64,000 bases of DNA from Naegleria gruberi (Eukaryota), in NCBI GenBank assembly GCA_000004985.1, contig GG738904.1; one strand, written 5' to 3'. Shown piece after piece: positions 9,209 to 20,190 of this stretch. The position numbers were made by a program, and so were the translations under genes. The notes under the pieces were generated by a model that ran no database searches, was not told the origin of the DNA, and worked only from the letters and a program-made list of their open reading frames with translations. Each line of letters opens with the position of its first letter. Within the stretch, counting starts at the first letter, position 1.

Positions 9209-11332
9209 ATGACAGCAGCAACAGCAACGAGTAGTGGAAAGGATTTGCTTGTGCAATGCCTGGGACTTGTTGTCTTTTGTGTGGTGGGTGGTCTTTTCGT
9301 CTACTTTATTCCATCGGAACAATATGGAAAAGAGATGATGAACAAGATGACGAATCACGCAAAGATAAAAGATTTGATGAGTAGATTTACTTCTTTGGAA
9401 AGTAAAATAGTAAAGAAAGATAGAGAAACTATTCGAAATCTTTCACCTTCGTGTAAATTAGCACTTGTCGAGAATAGTTTAAAGACCAAACACGTTTCAC
9501 AATTCTTTTCAAGTATTCTACCAAGTGAAAAGTATGAGAAAATTGCCAACCAACTCTCGGAACAAGTTACAGATCAAACTTTTAACAAGTGTGAAAAACA
9601 AATTGATTTTACCAATTTAAAAATCAATTTGAATTTAGAAAAGTTGAAATCAAATCAAGAAATAGTTATTGATTTGAATTTTATGAAAAAGATGGAAGAA
9701 TTAAGTTTCCTTCAATCTTCATTACAACAAGAGCAACACAGTGGATCATGTTCTCAACGAGTGATTGAATCAATTTTAATTCAGAAAGAGTTGCACGATA
9801 TTTCAACACTTCATAATATTACAACACTCGATAAGGCAGTTAATTTTTATGGTCAATTGTGGCTTAGACAAGATTGTTCTGAATCTATTAGTACTATCAG
9901 CAAGTCGTCAGATTTGTTAAAGGAATATTCTCATTTGGTCAACCAACAGGATGTGGATAAGCTTTACCAATTATTGGATGTTGAACCATCTGATCATTTG
10001 AAACCTTTAGAACCAAGAGTGTTAAAATCAATTTTCCAAGAGCAAGAAAAGAAAATTGTAAATGCACAAATTGACAAGTTGGAAAAGCAAATTACTGAGC
10101 TGAAGAATACCATTGGTGAATTTGAAAATCAATCCAAAATCTTGTCTAGAACCATTTCAGAAAAGGAGAAGGAATACAAGATGTCCCTTGAAAAATCTCA
10201 AGCAGAAAATGACAAACTGCAAGTTTTAATAAGAGAAAAGCAAGTTTCCATCTCATCACTTGAATCCAAGCAAAAATCATTGACAGAAGAAGTGGTGAAT
10301 TATCAACGATCTGTATCTAATCTCAAAAGTGATTTGGAAAAGGAATTTGAGAAATATAAGGCTATCAATTTGAAGAATATTCAATTAGAAGATTCCAATA
10401 ACAAGCTCACTCAAAAATCAAAGGATTTTGAGAATGAAATCAAGAAGAAAATTCCTTCCCTTGAAGAAAATATTCAACTCTTGAATAAGGAAAAGACAAC
10501 AATGGAAAAACAAATTCAAGAACTCAAGAATTCAACCTACACCGATTTGATTTCTGGACGTGAAAAGCTTTTCAAGCAAGCTGAAGTATTACAACAAACT
10601 GGAAAGAATATTGACACTATTGGTGGCTTATTGAATCAATTCAATGAAACTCTTAAAGGAGACGAATCCCTTCGTGAAAGAATTGGACAACTCTTGGATA
10701 AATTAGAAAAACAACAAAAATCTCAAAAGGAATTGGAAGAAATAATGTCAAAATCCAAACATTTGGAAGTGGAAGGAAAGGAATGTTTCAGTGCTCTCAG
10801 CGTTTGTCGTGAAGAAAAGTCCAAACTCCTCAATGATAAGCAAGTTGAAAAGCTAGTTCTCAAAGTTTCTTCATTGGAAAAGAAAATTGAAGCCCTCAAT
10901 CAAGAAAAACAAGAATTAGTTTCCAAAGTTGGAGATTATTCGAATACCATCTCAGAAATTGAGCAGAAAAAGAATGAATCTATCGAAAGATCAGAAAACT
11001 TGTCGACCATTCTTGTGGATTTGAAATTAGAACATGTTGAAGAACAAAAACGAAACAAACTCACCATTGAAACTTTAGAACAAGAATTGAACGAAACAAG
11101 GCAATTACTCAATCAAACATCGACCCAACATTCAACAGAACATACTCAAAATGAACAATTACAAAACGAATTGACCAAAATTAAGGACCAATTTACCACT
11201 TGCCAAACCAGCAGTGAAACCATTCTCGAGGAAAATAGAAAACTTTTATTGGAATTGGAAGAAATTAAGAAGGACTTGGTTATTGCTCAATCTGCAAAGA
11301 TTGTTTCTGATTTGAAAGAGGAAGATAATTAA
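9209..11332 (+). CDS. Coiled-coil protein with N-terminal transmembrane helix (707 aa)
   Basis: The ORF is long with good codon usage. The N-terminus has a TM helix, LLVQCLGLVVFCVVGGLFVYFIPS. The rest is a heptad-rich K/E/Q/L coiled coil. Confidence 0.6.
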   Translation: MTAATATSSGKDLLVQCLGLVVFCVVGGLFVYFIPSEQYGKEMMNKMTNHAKIKDLMSRFTSLESKIVKKDRETIRNLSPSCKLALVENSLKTKHVSQFFSSILPSEKYEKIANQLSEQVTDQTFNKCEKQIDFTNLKINLNLEKLKSNQEIVIDLNFMKKMEELSFLQSSLQQEQHSGSCSQRVIESILIQKELHDISTLHNITTLDKAVNFYGQLWLRQDCSESISTISKSSDLLKEYSHLVNQQDVDKLYQLLDVEPSDHLKPLEPRVLKSIFQEQEKKIVNAQIDKLEKQITELKNTIGEFENQSKILSRTISEKEKEYKMSLEKSQAENDKLQVLIREKQVSISSLESKQKSLTEEVVNYQRSVSNLKSDLEKEFEKYKAINLKNIQLEDSNNKLTQKSKDFENEIKKKIPSLEENIQLLNKEKTTMEKQIQELKNSTYTDLISGREKLFKQAEVLQQTGKNIDTIGGLLNQFNETLKGDESLRERIGQLLDKLEKQQKSQKELEEIMSKSKHLEVEGKECFSALSVCREEKSKLLNDKQVEKLVLKVSSLEKKIEALNQEKQELVSKVGDYSNTISEIEQKKNESIERSENLSTILVDLKLEHVEEQKRNKLTIETLEQELNETRQLLNQTSTQHSTEHTQNEQLQNELTKIKDQFTTCQTSSETILEENRKLLLELEEIKKDLVIAQSAKIVSDLKEEDN

Positions 11333-11404
11333 ACCTTTCAAATCAGCATCCTTAATACAATTTACATATTTACAAATTGAATATTTATTATCAAGAAATT
11401 ATTA

Positions 11405-11929
11405 TTAGTAGTAGAATGGTTGATTGTATCCATAACAAGATTGAGATGGTTGTTGATATATTGGATTGAACATTTGATTTTGTGGATACCACATTGGATT
11501 TGGTAATTGACCTTGTTGAGAATACATTGGTTGTTGCTGTTGTAGTGGTGGTGGTGGTGGATATATGACAAGTTGTTGAGCATTACTACTTGGTTGACAA
11601 TAACCATATCCATTCACAGGTTGTGGAAATGGACACATTGGAGGTGGTGGAGGAATGAAACATTGATATGAATATTCATTTATCAACTTGACTTTCAAAG
11701 TACCCATCTGCCAACCCTCACATTTCAAATCAAGATACTTTGATTCACCATCCAATAAATCTCGTAAACGAACTGAGGCTTCATAAAACTTGCCATTGTT
11801 AAAAACTTTAAAGTAGATTCGATCCGTTCCAATGGAAGGAGGATCGAATAGAGTGCTGGTTTCCCAAGGATAAACAGTTGCCTTTAGTTTGACCATTAGT
11901 TTTTTGTTGAGTGTTTCGAATAGTTTCAA
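11405..11929 (-). CDS. Hypothetical protein with P/Q-rich low-complexity C-terminus
   Basis: It is a 174-aa ORF. The N-terminal ~100 aa are globular and the tail is poly-Pro/Gln/Tyr (PPPPPLQQQQPMYSQQGQ). Coding status is uncertain. Confidence 0.35.
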   Translation of the reverse strand: MKLFETLNKKLMVKLKATVYPWETSTLFDPPSIGTDRIYFKVFNNGKFYEASVRLRDLLDGESKYLDLKCEGWQMGTLKVKLINEYSYQCFIPPPPPMCPFPQPVNGYGYCQPSSNAQQLVIYPPPPPLQQQQPMYSQQGQLPNPMWYPQNQMFNPIYQQPSQSCYGYNQPFYY

Positions 11930-12286
11930 TTTCTTTGTGTTCTACCAATGGCAGAATTTCAAATTAAAAAAGAAAATTACTATAACAGTAAAGTGAATAT
12001 TACCAATCCAAAACTGAAAGTTTTCCTTAGTTGGAATTCATCTACGCTATGATTATTTTCTTCAGATACATTTCATAACATTTTTATGGTCAATTCTGCC
12101 TTTGAGTACAACTTATATATATTAAGGGAATTTTCTCAGAAAATTAAATCCAATCAAAAATCCTTGTCAGAAGAAAAGTGAAGTCTTATCAACACAGTTT
12201 CAAATCAATATATCAAACGTGATAGCAATCTAAGCAAACAAAAGTATTTTTCCGAAACGTGATTTCATAAATTCTTCATAAAAAAA

Positions 12287-12877
12287 ATGTCGAACACTCT
12301 CACCATTACTGAACCTGTTGTCTATAATTCGAAACAATTGAATGTTTTGAGAGAAATAGTATTAAAATTGAAGAAGGAAGATCCCTCTCAAACAAATATT
12401 GATTTTGGAGACAAGGAACAAGTTTCGAAAATGTTGAAAAACTATTCGAAAGAATGCCACTGTCCTATCTGTTTAGAAGGAGTATTAGAGGAAGGAGGAA
12501 ATCGAATCCTTGCCTGTAAACACTTCATACACGACAATTGCCTTGATCAACTAACAGAAATTCATGGAAAAAACACAAAATGTCCAATTTGTGTTCAACC
12601 TGTATTTCCAAAAAAGGAGAATAACAAGAAACAAGAACAGAAACTAGGTACTGTCTTTTTTACATCATCTTTTTTCTTAATTACTGGCACATGTATTGCG
12701 TATATTGTAAACACACTCAACCAACCAAATTTGGTTACTGAAATTGTCAATTCGTCCACTAGTTCACAAATTGTTGAATCTTGTGCAAACCTATCTTTGG
12801 ATATTGACTATAAATCGTTTACCGATTGTATTAAGCTTGATGGTTTTTCTGGTAATTGCTATTCAACTTTTTTGTAA
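12287..12877 (+). CDS. RING-H2 zinc-finger protein with C-terminal TM segment
   Basis: CPICLEGVLEEGGNRILACKHFIHDNCLDQLTEIHGKNTKCPICVQ is a C3H2C3 RING. It is followed by a hydrophobic helix, FFTSSFFLITGTCIAYIV. Confidence 0.65.
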   Translation: MSNTLTITEPVVYNSKQLNVLREIVLKLKKEDPSQTNIDFGDKEQVSKMLKNYSKECHCPICLEGVLEEGGNRILACKHFIHDNCLDQLTEIHGKNTKCPICVQPVFPKKENNKKQEQKLGTVFFTSSFFLITGTCIAYIVNTLNQPNLVTEIVNSSTSSQIVESCANLSLDIDYKSFTDCIKLDGFSGNCYSTFL

Positions 12878-13000
12878 AGTTACAAATAAAGAAAACGAAA
12901 GAAATTAAAAAAAACAAAAAATAAACTTTTTAAAAAATTGTTAACAAAATTGCGAATTTTATACAAATTTATTTTAATACAAACAACTACAGACAAGTTA

Positions 13001-13047
13001 GTCACGTTTCGCACTAAGATCACGTTTGCGAAACGTGATTTCCAGTC
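13001..13047. promoter_or_regulatory. Palindromic AAACGTGAT/ATCACGTTT element cluster in the promoter of the 13066 gene
   Basis: atcacgtttgcgaaacgtgat (13019-13039) has 9-bp perfect inverted arms around a gcg spacer. An upstream gtcacgtttcgc half-site and flanking agtcac(c/g) accompany it. AAACGTGAT also occurs at ~12225 and ~12255, just upstream of the 12287 gene. Confidence 0.3.
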
Positions 13048-13065
13048 ACCAGTCAATAAATTAAC

Positions 13066-14181
13066 TTGATTGCCTATTTATTTGGCAAGCAAAAAAAAAT
13101 GGCAAAAGTAAGGTACTACTACAATGACCAATTCGAATCAGATGATTTACTTTCTACAACCTTCTCTTGTCAAGAATCTCCATTCCTTAATCAAGTCAAC
13201 CCTCAATTCAGAGATAACATTAATGTTCAATTGGTATTTAACAAGAAAATAATGCCACCACTTGAAAACCAATCTCTTGCTCAAATTGAATTGGAAAAAA
13301 CTTTTGATGGCTGTCAAGATGTCACAATTATTTATACTGATCTATCAAGTGATGGAAAATTTTGTGGTTACATGAAAACGTATTTGGTTTCTGGTGATGA
13401 TGAAATATTTACAAGGAATTCATTGGTTAGAAACTTGTTGGATTTGGTCAACCAGTTCGATATTCCATACGAAACAGTCTTTGAGAATTTCAGAAACCTT
13501 ATTTCTCAACGTGTTTTACATGTCAATTCCAAAAGTTCTGGTTTTTCAAAGTATTTCAATGGTAATGAAAGAAGATATATTAATGGTTTAGGTATTTTTG
13601 GTGCTTTGAAGAAACTATTCGAAACGGACAATAAGCTTTCGAATAGTTTGAGTCATTATTATGAAAAGAAGAAATTAGTTGACCGACTTTACAAACACGG
13701 AATTTATCATTATTCTTCTTTTTGTAGACTCAGTCTTATTCCACTAATTGGATTTGAAGGAAAAGAAGGTGAGAGAATTAATGTTTCGTCTCTGATACAA
13801 GCAAGAGATATCTATTCGAAACATGAACAATTGTATTTATGTGCTGATGTCGATTCAGAACTAACTATGGGTTTTCATGACATGTTGATTTCAGAATTAG
13901 CTACACAAGTTTGTGATCAGGGAGGCGAAATTCCTGAAACTGGATGCAGAATTCCAGGTTTTTTGGAAGCTTTTGGAAGATTAGGCAAGTTTCTAATAGA
14001 AAGTTGGAAGATTGGAGTAGGACTTGTTTGTTGTTTGGTAATTCCAGAGTTAATTCCTTTGGCAGCAATAGTTGTTGGAGTTTTTTGTTATTATTCTGTT
14101 TCATCATTAAAAAGAAAAGAAGTGAGAATTCTTCTAGCAAAGAAAGTCAAATCAGACGAAACTGGATCAATTTGTTTTTAA
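13066..14181 (+). CDS. Hypothetical protein with C-terminal transmembrane hairpin (371 aa)
   Basis: It is a long ORF with no recognised domain. The C-terminus is hydrophobic: IGVGLVCCLVIPELIPLAAIVVGVFCYY. Confidence 0.45.
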   Translation: MIAYLFGKQKKMAKVRYYYNDQFESDDLLSTTFSCQESPFLNQVNPQFRDNINVQLVFNKKIMPPLENQSLAQIELEKTFDGCQDVTIIYTDLSSDGKFCGYMKTYLVSGDDEIFTRNSLVRNLLDLVNQFDIPYETVFENFRNLISQRVLHVNSKSSGFSKYFNGNERRYINGLGIFGALKKLFETDNKLSNSLSHYYEKKKLVDRLYKHGIYHYSSFCRLSLIPLIGFEGKEGERINVSSLIQARDIYSKHEQLYLCADVDSELTMGFHDMLISELATQVCDQGGEIPETGCRIPGFLEAFGRLGKFLIESWKIGVGLVCCLVIPELIPLAAIVVGVFCYYSVSSLKRKEVRILLAKKVKSDETGSICF

Positions 14182-14822
14182 ACATCATGATTTAGAATAA
14201 ATGTTTCCTGCCAAGACTTTTACCAGAATTTCTATCTGGGCTACATTTCACCATCTAGTAATTAAATAGGTAGATGGTTCTGTTCAAGTAGTTTTTCAAT
14301 CATCATAAGATTTTCAAAATTCCAAACATTATCATCAGAAATATGGATAGGAGAGAACACTCTATGAGAAACTCTAGTTGAAGAATTGATTTGGAAATAG
14401 TCCACTATTTTTCAAACATTCGAATATATCTAATCCTGATTGGAGAGAATGAAACTCCAAATTGATGAAATTTATAAGAGAGGAAGATTTGGAATATTTT
14501 AGAAAGGAATCACTTGAATTATTGGAAGAAAATCAAGACGAAAGTGAAGAACCTGAGTAAGGAATATCAATTGAGGAGAATGTTAAGGGGATGATTCTTT
14601 CGAGTGTATCTACAATTATTTAAATGATGAGTAACCCATCTCATTGTATCAATCATTTTCATAATTAATAAATTAATAATTTAACTTAAACTCCGTAAGA
14701 TACTTTGTAATGTTTTTGAACACACAACTCCGTTCCGTTCCACTCGGCGATGGGGCTTTCCTTTTTCGTCTTCCGAAAAATCTAAACTCAATTATCTATA
14801 AATATCATCCTCATTCATCACT

Positions 14823-16010
14823 ATGACAAGATATTATCAAAAAAAAATGCAACAATCTATTCGTTTCGTATTGTGTTTCCTCTTAATTGCCACAACTTTC
14901 GTCTGTGGTCAATTCTCAGCTTTGGACAAGCCAGTTCATGAATTATCCTTGATTCAAAAGATTAATTCTGATTCCTCTATCAGATGGAAAGCAACCACTT
15001 ACAAGAAGTTTGAAGGAATGACCCTTCGTGAAGCTAGAAAGTATTTGGGAACTGTCATTATTTCACCAATCAATAATTTGCCAAAGAAAAAGATGCCAAA
15101 GAATTTGAAAGCTGCTTCTCATTTCGATGCTAGAGAAAAGTGGGAGGATTGTATTCATGAAATTCGTAATCAAGAAGTATGTTTTTTACAAATTTTACAA
15201 ATCAAATTTTACAAATAATTCAAAAAAAAGGAATGTGGTTCATGTTGGGCTTGTAAGTAATTTTTGTGTGAAATTTTGTGTGTGATATATATATCATGAT
15301 AGTCTCTGCATCTGAAGCCTTCTCTGATAGATTGTGTATTGCCACCAATGGAAGTGTCAATATTGTCTTGTCTCCTCAATATATGGTCTCTTGTGATGCA
15401 ACTGATTATGGTTGTGATGGTGGTTACTTGAATAATGCTTGGAATTTCTTGGCAAATACTGGTATTCCATCTGATGAATGTGTTCCATATCAATCTGGTA
15501 GTGGTCATGTCCCATCATGCTCCAAGCTTAATAAGAAGTGTCAAGATGGATCTGACATTAAATTGTACAAGGTCAGCAAAAAGTCAATTGCCAATTTGGA
15601 CAGTATTGAAGATATCCAAAAGGATATTCAAGAGAATGGATCAATACAATCAGGCTTCTCCGTATACAAGGACTTCTTCTCCTATAAGTCAGGTGTCTAT
15701 CATCATGTCACCGGTTCTTTGGCAGGTGGACATGCCATTAAGGTAATTGGTAAGTAATTTTTGAAAAAAATTAGCACTTTTTAACACTTTTCAGGATGGG
15801 GAACTACAAGTGATGGTCATGATACTCCATATTGGATTGTTGCTAACTCATGGGGAAATTCTTGGGGATTGGTAAGTTTTCAAAAAAAAAAATTTTTTTT
15901 TTTTTTTAACACATTTCCTATTATAGAAAGGATACTTCTGGATCTTGAAGGGTTCTGATGAATGTGGTATTGAATCCAATGCTTGGTCTGGTTTGCCTGA
16001 TTTGCAATAA
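14823..16010 (+). CDS. Cathepsin B-like cysteine protease, 5 exons
   Basis: The exons are 14823-15176, 15231-15252 (22 nt, ECGSCWA), 15303-15749, 15795-15871 and 15927-16010. All introns are GTATGT/GTAAGT...AG, 43-55 nt long, and the phases are consistent. The protein has a signal peptide, HFDAREKW, CGSCWAF, GCDGGY, GGHAIKVIGWG, YWIVANSWG and GYFWILKGSDECGIES, the cathepsin B hallmarks. Confidence 0.8.
15888..15915. repeat. A(11)T(16) homopolymer palindrome inside cathepsin intron 4
   Basis: The sequence is caaaaaaaaaaatttttttttttttttt. Confidence 0.6.
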
Positions 16011-16041
16011 TCAAATGGCCAAGACCTAAAAAATTTGTAAA

Positions 16042-17589
16042 TTACAAATCCAATGACTTTCTGAGAGCAATAAATTCTTCTCTAAAGCATTCAGCATACA
16101 TGTGAATATCTTGAATGATTCCCTTATCGCAAACTATTGATAAACCAACTCGATCGTTAAATGTCATGAGTGTGCAATTGACAGCTACTGCAGATACTAA
16201 TGGAATGAAACCAGCTCCCTGTACAATGTTTCTTCCCAACATGGTATATTTCAACTTGTCGTCTGCTTCAAAACCTTGAACGTTGGAACAGGTGAAGGTT
16301 GTTGAGGCAGCTCCCCAATTCATCAATGAAACTGCCATCTTCTTTGGAAGAAGTGCAGTTCCCAACCACAACAAGTATCTGTTAAAATAGGGCTGTGGAA
16401 GGAACTTGGCAAAATTCATGTTATTCCTCACAGTTTCAAATCTCTTCTGTGGCTCTTCAATGAGTTGAATATTGAGTGGAATGCTACCGAAAATAACGCC
16501 AACAATATTGCCACTCTGTGACTTGCTCTCAGTAGATCTGATATTCACTCCCATTCCCATTCGAGCATTTGTTGTGCTCAATAGTTTTTCCCTCTCTTGC
16601 ATGTTGGATGATTCTTTGGCACTGAGTTTCAATCTGTAACGATCGGAAGCTCCACTCAGCAAGCTCAAGAATAGGTCATTCAATTTTCCATCTAACTTTT
16701 TGGCCACCTTTTTAAATTCTGGCACTGTAAAGTACTTGTCTGTTTCATTTCTCAAATCATTCTCATCATCTCTCAATTGCTCTGTATCATTGAACCAAAT
16801 GAATGAACAAGTGACTTGACCACATTTTGGATGTTTCTTGGAAGCTCTAAACATGGTATCTGGCTCTCCCTTAACGCCAATTCCCAAAATCAAAAAGAAT
16901 GTTGCAACAAAGGCCAAAATCTTCAAAAAGAATCCAATGCAATAGCTCACCAAAGAACCCAACAATGGAATCCTGTTCAATTTTCCTGTCAAATTATTAA
17001 TAATGGTCAATGCTGAATTCCAATTGCTGTGACTACCTTTCATAATCTTGTCAAATTTACTCTGAACATATTCACTTGCCTCCTTCTCATTATCCAACAG
17101 GTCAGTTCCAACAATTTTCTGCAACAAGGTTCCATCTCCAATCCAATGATGAATTCTAAAGAATAGAATCAATCCTCTCGAATAATTTTCAATAACAATA
17201 CATTCCCATAATGGAATAACTCCCTTCACTTGTGAATTTTCCACAGGTTTGAAGGGAGAAAACAATCTTGAACCAATCAATTCACTCAAAATCTCATCCT
17301 CACTCTTTTCCTTGCTCAAATTCAACATTTCATACTTGACATGATTCTCCAAACATACTTCATCAACTCCAATATCAATATACTCTGATTCACTCACTAG
17401 AATACTTCTGAATCGAACATATCTTTGTAAAAGTCTTTCCTTTAATCGTTCTTCAAATGCTTTCCTATCAATCCGATGAATTTTCTCCTCAATATTGTTG
17501 TTGTTGTCATCTTTGGCTGATAATAAAACCAATCCTCCTACAACACATGGTGTTGTCTCGGATTCTTGCATGACCATCAATTGGGACAT
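16042..17589 (-). CDS. WS/DGAT-family acyl-CoA acyltransferase (wax ester synthase/diacylglycerol acyltransferase-like)
   Basis: The 515-aa ORF has the HHxxxDG catalytic motif (FFRIHHWIGDGTLL) at the WS/DGAT position, about 140 aa from the N-terminus. The length and C-terminal region resemble DUF1298. Confidence 0.5.
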   Translation of the reverse strand: MSQLMVMQESETTPCVVGGLVLLSAKDDNNNNIEEKIHRIDRKAFEERLKERLLQRYVRFRSILVSESEYIDIGVDEVCLENHVKYEMLNLSKEKSEDEILSELIGSRLFSPFKPVENSQVKGVIPLWECIVIENYSRGLILFFRIHHWIGDGTLLQKIVGTDLLDNEKEASEYVQSKFDKIMKGSHSNWNSALTIINNLTGKLNRIPLLGSLVSYCIGFFLKILAFVATFFLILGIGVKGEPDTMFRASKKHPKCGQVTCSFIWFNDTEQLRDDENDLRNETDKYFTVPEFKKVAKKLDGKLNDLFLSLLSGASDRYRLKLSAKESSNMQEREKLLSTTNARMGMGVNIRSTESKSQSGNIVGVIFGSIPLNIQLIEEPQKRFETVRNNMNFAKFLPQPYFNRYLLWLGTALLPKKMAVSLMNWGAASTTFTCSNVQGFEADDKLKYTMLGRNIVQGAGFIPLVSAVAVNCTLMTFNDRVGLSIVCDKGIIQDIHMYAECFREEFIALRKSLDL

Positions 17590-17772
17590 TCTTTATCATT
17601 CCGAAAAATATCATATTTGTAAAAACATTTAATAATTAATAATCATCATCATCTTCTTGATACAAACCTCGTAAGTTTTCTTCTTGGTAAAACTTGGAAC
17701 GAGGTAGGGACATGAAATTTTGACATTTTTTTATTCTTTCCTTTTGTAAATGTTTGTGTTGAAATTTACTTG

Positions 17773-19695
17773 TTACATGGTTAAACATTTGGATGTTAGA
17801 CTTGATTTTTCCGGTAAACGAAAGAGAAATCTTGTTATTCCTGTATAGTGTGTTCTATCTGGTTGGATGTAATTTCTAAATTTTTTGAAAGAGTTAAAGG
17901 CCACAACATTATACGGAGCTTTGTTTTCTATCAGTAAGGTTGCATAATTTCCTGGATCCATAACTAGAACGCAATAGATATAGTCTCCATTACATATAAA
18001 GTATCTTAATTCCATGCAATCTCTCTTAAAGGTAGAAAGGATTATCTCAGATAGTTCATCACGAGTTGGTTGCAAGAAATGTAAAGGAGTTAGAGCAAGG
18101 ACAATTTGAGGTGGAAGTATAATGAGGGCCTGTTTGAGTATTTCAAGGTTTGCAAAACAATTTACAGGAGAACCTGTTAATTTGATTGTCATAGGATAGC
18201 TAACATTGAATACTTTCAAATTGATCATCCTTTCAATTGTAAAAGTATTAATCATTTCCGCATCAGCCATATAAATATTTAGATATTCCAATGAAGACAT
18301 ATTCTCCAAGTATTGTAACTCTTCTGCTTTGTACACAAAGCTATCAAGATGAAGAGCGGTCAAATTCAAATCTTGTAATGTTGACAAGTAAAATTGTTGT
18401 ACTAAATGCCTTGTGTTTTTAAGAATAAGCTCTGTCAAACGAGTTCTCTTTGGGCACTTAATTGAAGGTCCGCTGAACTCGCAACTAATAAAGTGTACCA
18501 TTTCCAATGTCTCCGACATTTCAATTATTGCCTCTGCTGACGGTACTGTGCATTCTTTAAGGATTACAACTTCTAGATTCTTCAAGCATTGATTGGTAAC
18601 TATTTTAGCATTCGAAAGTTCAAGTCTTCTCAAATGGGCAAACCTCGAAGGATACATTGTAAAGACATTGTTACGAAATTTTGTTGAAGGATTGAAAATG
18701 ATACTTTTAGAATCTACTGGGAAAATGTTTTCGTTTGCTGTTAGGGCTGCATGATCAACCCTAAAAGAAAGCACCTTATGTAGAGACAATACTTCATCGC
18801 CAGAATTGTGCATTTCAACTATTGATATGTGCATTTCCCTACAAAATTTTGAAACATCATTGAACTTGTTTAAGAATGAAATAGAAGGTACATTGAAGAA
18901 GTGGAAAGAAATCCTTCCCTTTCCTTGCAGAAAGCATGATGTGAAGAGTTCCAATAAGGCACTATTATCTGTAAATACCTCACAATTGAGAGCTATTGAA
19001 ATATTTCTCAAAGGTCGAATAAATTTACAATACTTTTCCACGTGTTCCTTGCTATACAAATACAGTGTTGTTTCAAATGTTTCCATCGATTGCATTGTTA
19101 CACACGAGTCGAGTACAACATTTGCATCCACAGATTTACCAATAAAAAGCCGTAACACTTTCAACTTTTTGAAACGATGCAAACCAGAGCACAAATACTT
19201 GGCAAATTCAGAATCCAACAAGACACTAATAGAAAGCTCACTCAGCCACTCTCCACAAGCAGAAGCAATACTATCAAACAAAGAAGGTTGAGCCTTGTTG
19301 AAGACAATTTCAACTCCCTTGAGTGTTTCCTGATGTTCTCCAATGAATGTAACCAATTCTAATAGTCTAGACTCATCAATAGGTTCGTTTGTGAGCCTGT
19401 CCGAATCACTTGCTTCAATATACTTGACAGCACTATAATACGACTTGATTCTATCCAACCTTTCATAGTTGGTAAAGGAAAACTTCCATAACAATCTACT
19501 ATAATGATAGGGTTTGTGTGCAAGTTGATGGAATTGTTGTGAACACGTAGAGAGTGTATCTAGGACAAAGAATCGATCTAGAAATTCGAAAATATTCAGA
19601 ATGACATCTTCATTGAGTTGTTGTATGAATGTTGTTGGTTTTTCCGCTTCTTGAAGAGTTTCATCGTCTAGCTGAGGATCTGTTTCTATTATCAT
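17773..19695 (-). CDS. F-box-like / leucine-rich-repeat-like protein (640 aa)
   Basis: The N-terminus, NEDVILNIFEFLDRFFVLDTLSTCSQQF, is F-box-like. The body is L/I/N-rich LRR-like repeats. Confidence 0.5.
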   Translation of the reverse strand: MIIETDPQLDDETLQEAEKPTTFIQQLNEDVILNIFEFLDRFFVLDTLSTCSQQFHQLAHKPYHYSRLLWKFSFTNYERLDRIKSYYSAVKYIEASDSDRLTNEPIDESRLLELVTFIGEHQETLKGVEIVFNKAQPSLFDSIASACGEWLSELSISVLLDSEFAKYLCSGLHRFKKLKVLRLFIGKSVDANVVLDSCVTMQSMETFETTLYLYSKEHVEKYCKFIRPLRNISIALNCEVFTDNSALLELFTSCFLQGKGRISFHFFNVPSISFLNKFNDVSKFCREMHISIVEMHNSGDEVLSLHKVLSFRVDHAALTANENIFPVDSKSIIFNPSTKFRNNVFTMYPSRFAHLRRLELSNAKIVTNQCLKNLEVVILKECTVPSAEAIIEMSETLEMVHFISCEFSGPSIKCPKRTRLTELILKNTRHLVQQFYLSTLQDLNLTALHLDSFVYKAEELQYLENMSSLEYLNIYMADAEMINTFTIERMINLKVFNVSYPMTIKLTGSPVNCFANLEILKQALIILPPQIVLALTPLHFLQPTRDELSEIILSTFKRDCMELRYFICNGDYIYCVLVMDPGNYATLLIENKAPYNVVAFNSFKKFRNYIQPDRTHYTGITRFLFRLPEKSSLTSKCLTM

Positions 19696-20190
19696 GATGA
19701 CGCTAATTTTTTGTTATTGTCCTTTTGTTGGAAGGATGAACAAGATAGAACAAGATTATTGGGTGTTGTTGATGTTTTTAATCCAACACTTCAGGACGTT
19801 CAACAGAATGTGATGATGAAATCACTCATAGTAATGACGTGGTTTTTTTAAAAAAAAAAATAAAAAGAATAAAAATATTTTTGATGCACAAAACTTGTAT
19901 TTTCTAAAGAACAACACATCACACTAGTATTTCCATCACAATAATTATCAGGATATAACACGATGAATATCAAGGCTATTTTTCAACACTAGTTACACTA
20001 ACCAAGGAAAATTGGACTACTTTGATTATTATTAATATCATGAAATTATTGATGATGACGATTAATTCTAATTCCTTACAGCACACATTTGATCATCACA
20101 TCATCATACATTTCCATCCTACATTGTGAGTACTCTTATATAGTAAAATAATATAACAATAATAACAACAAGTTCTCTGGCCTCCATTTC

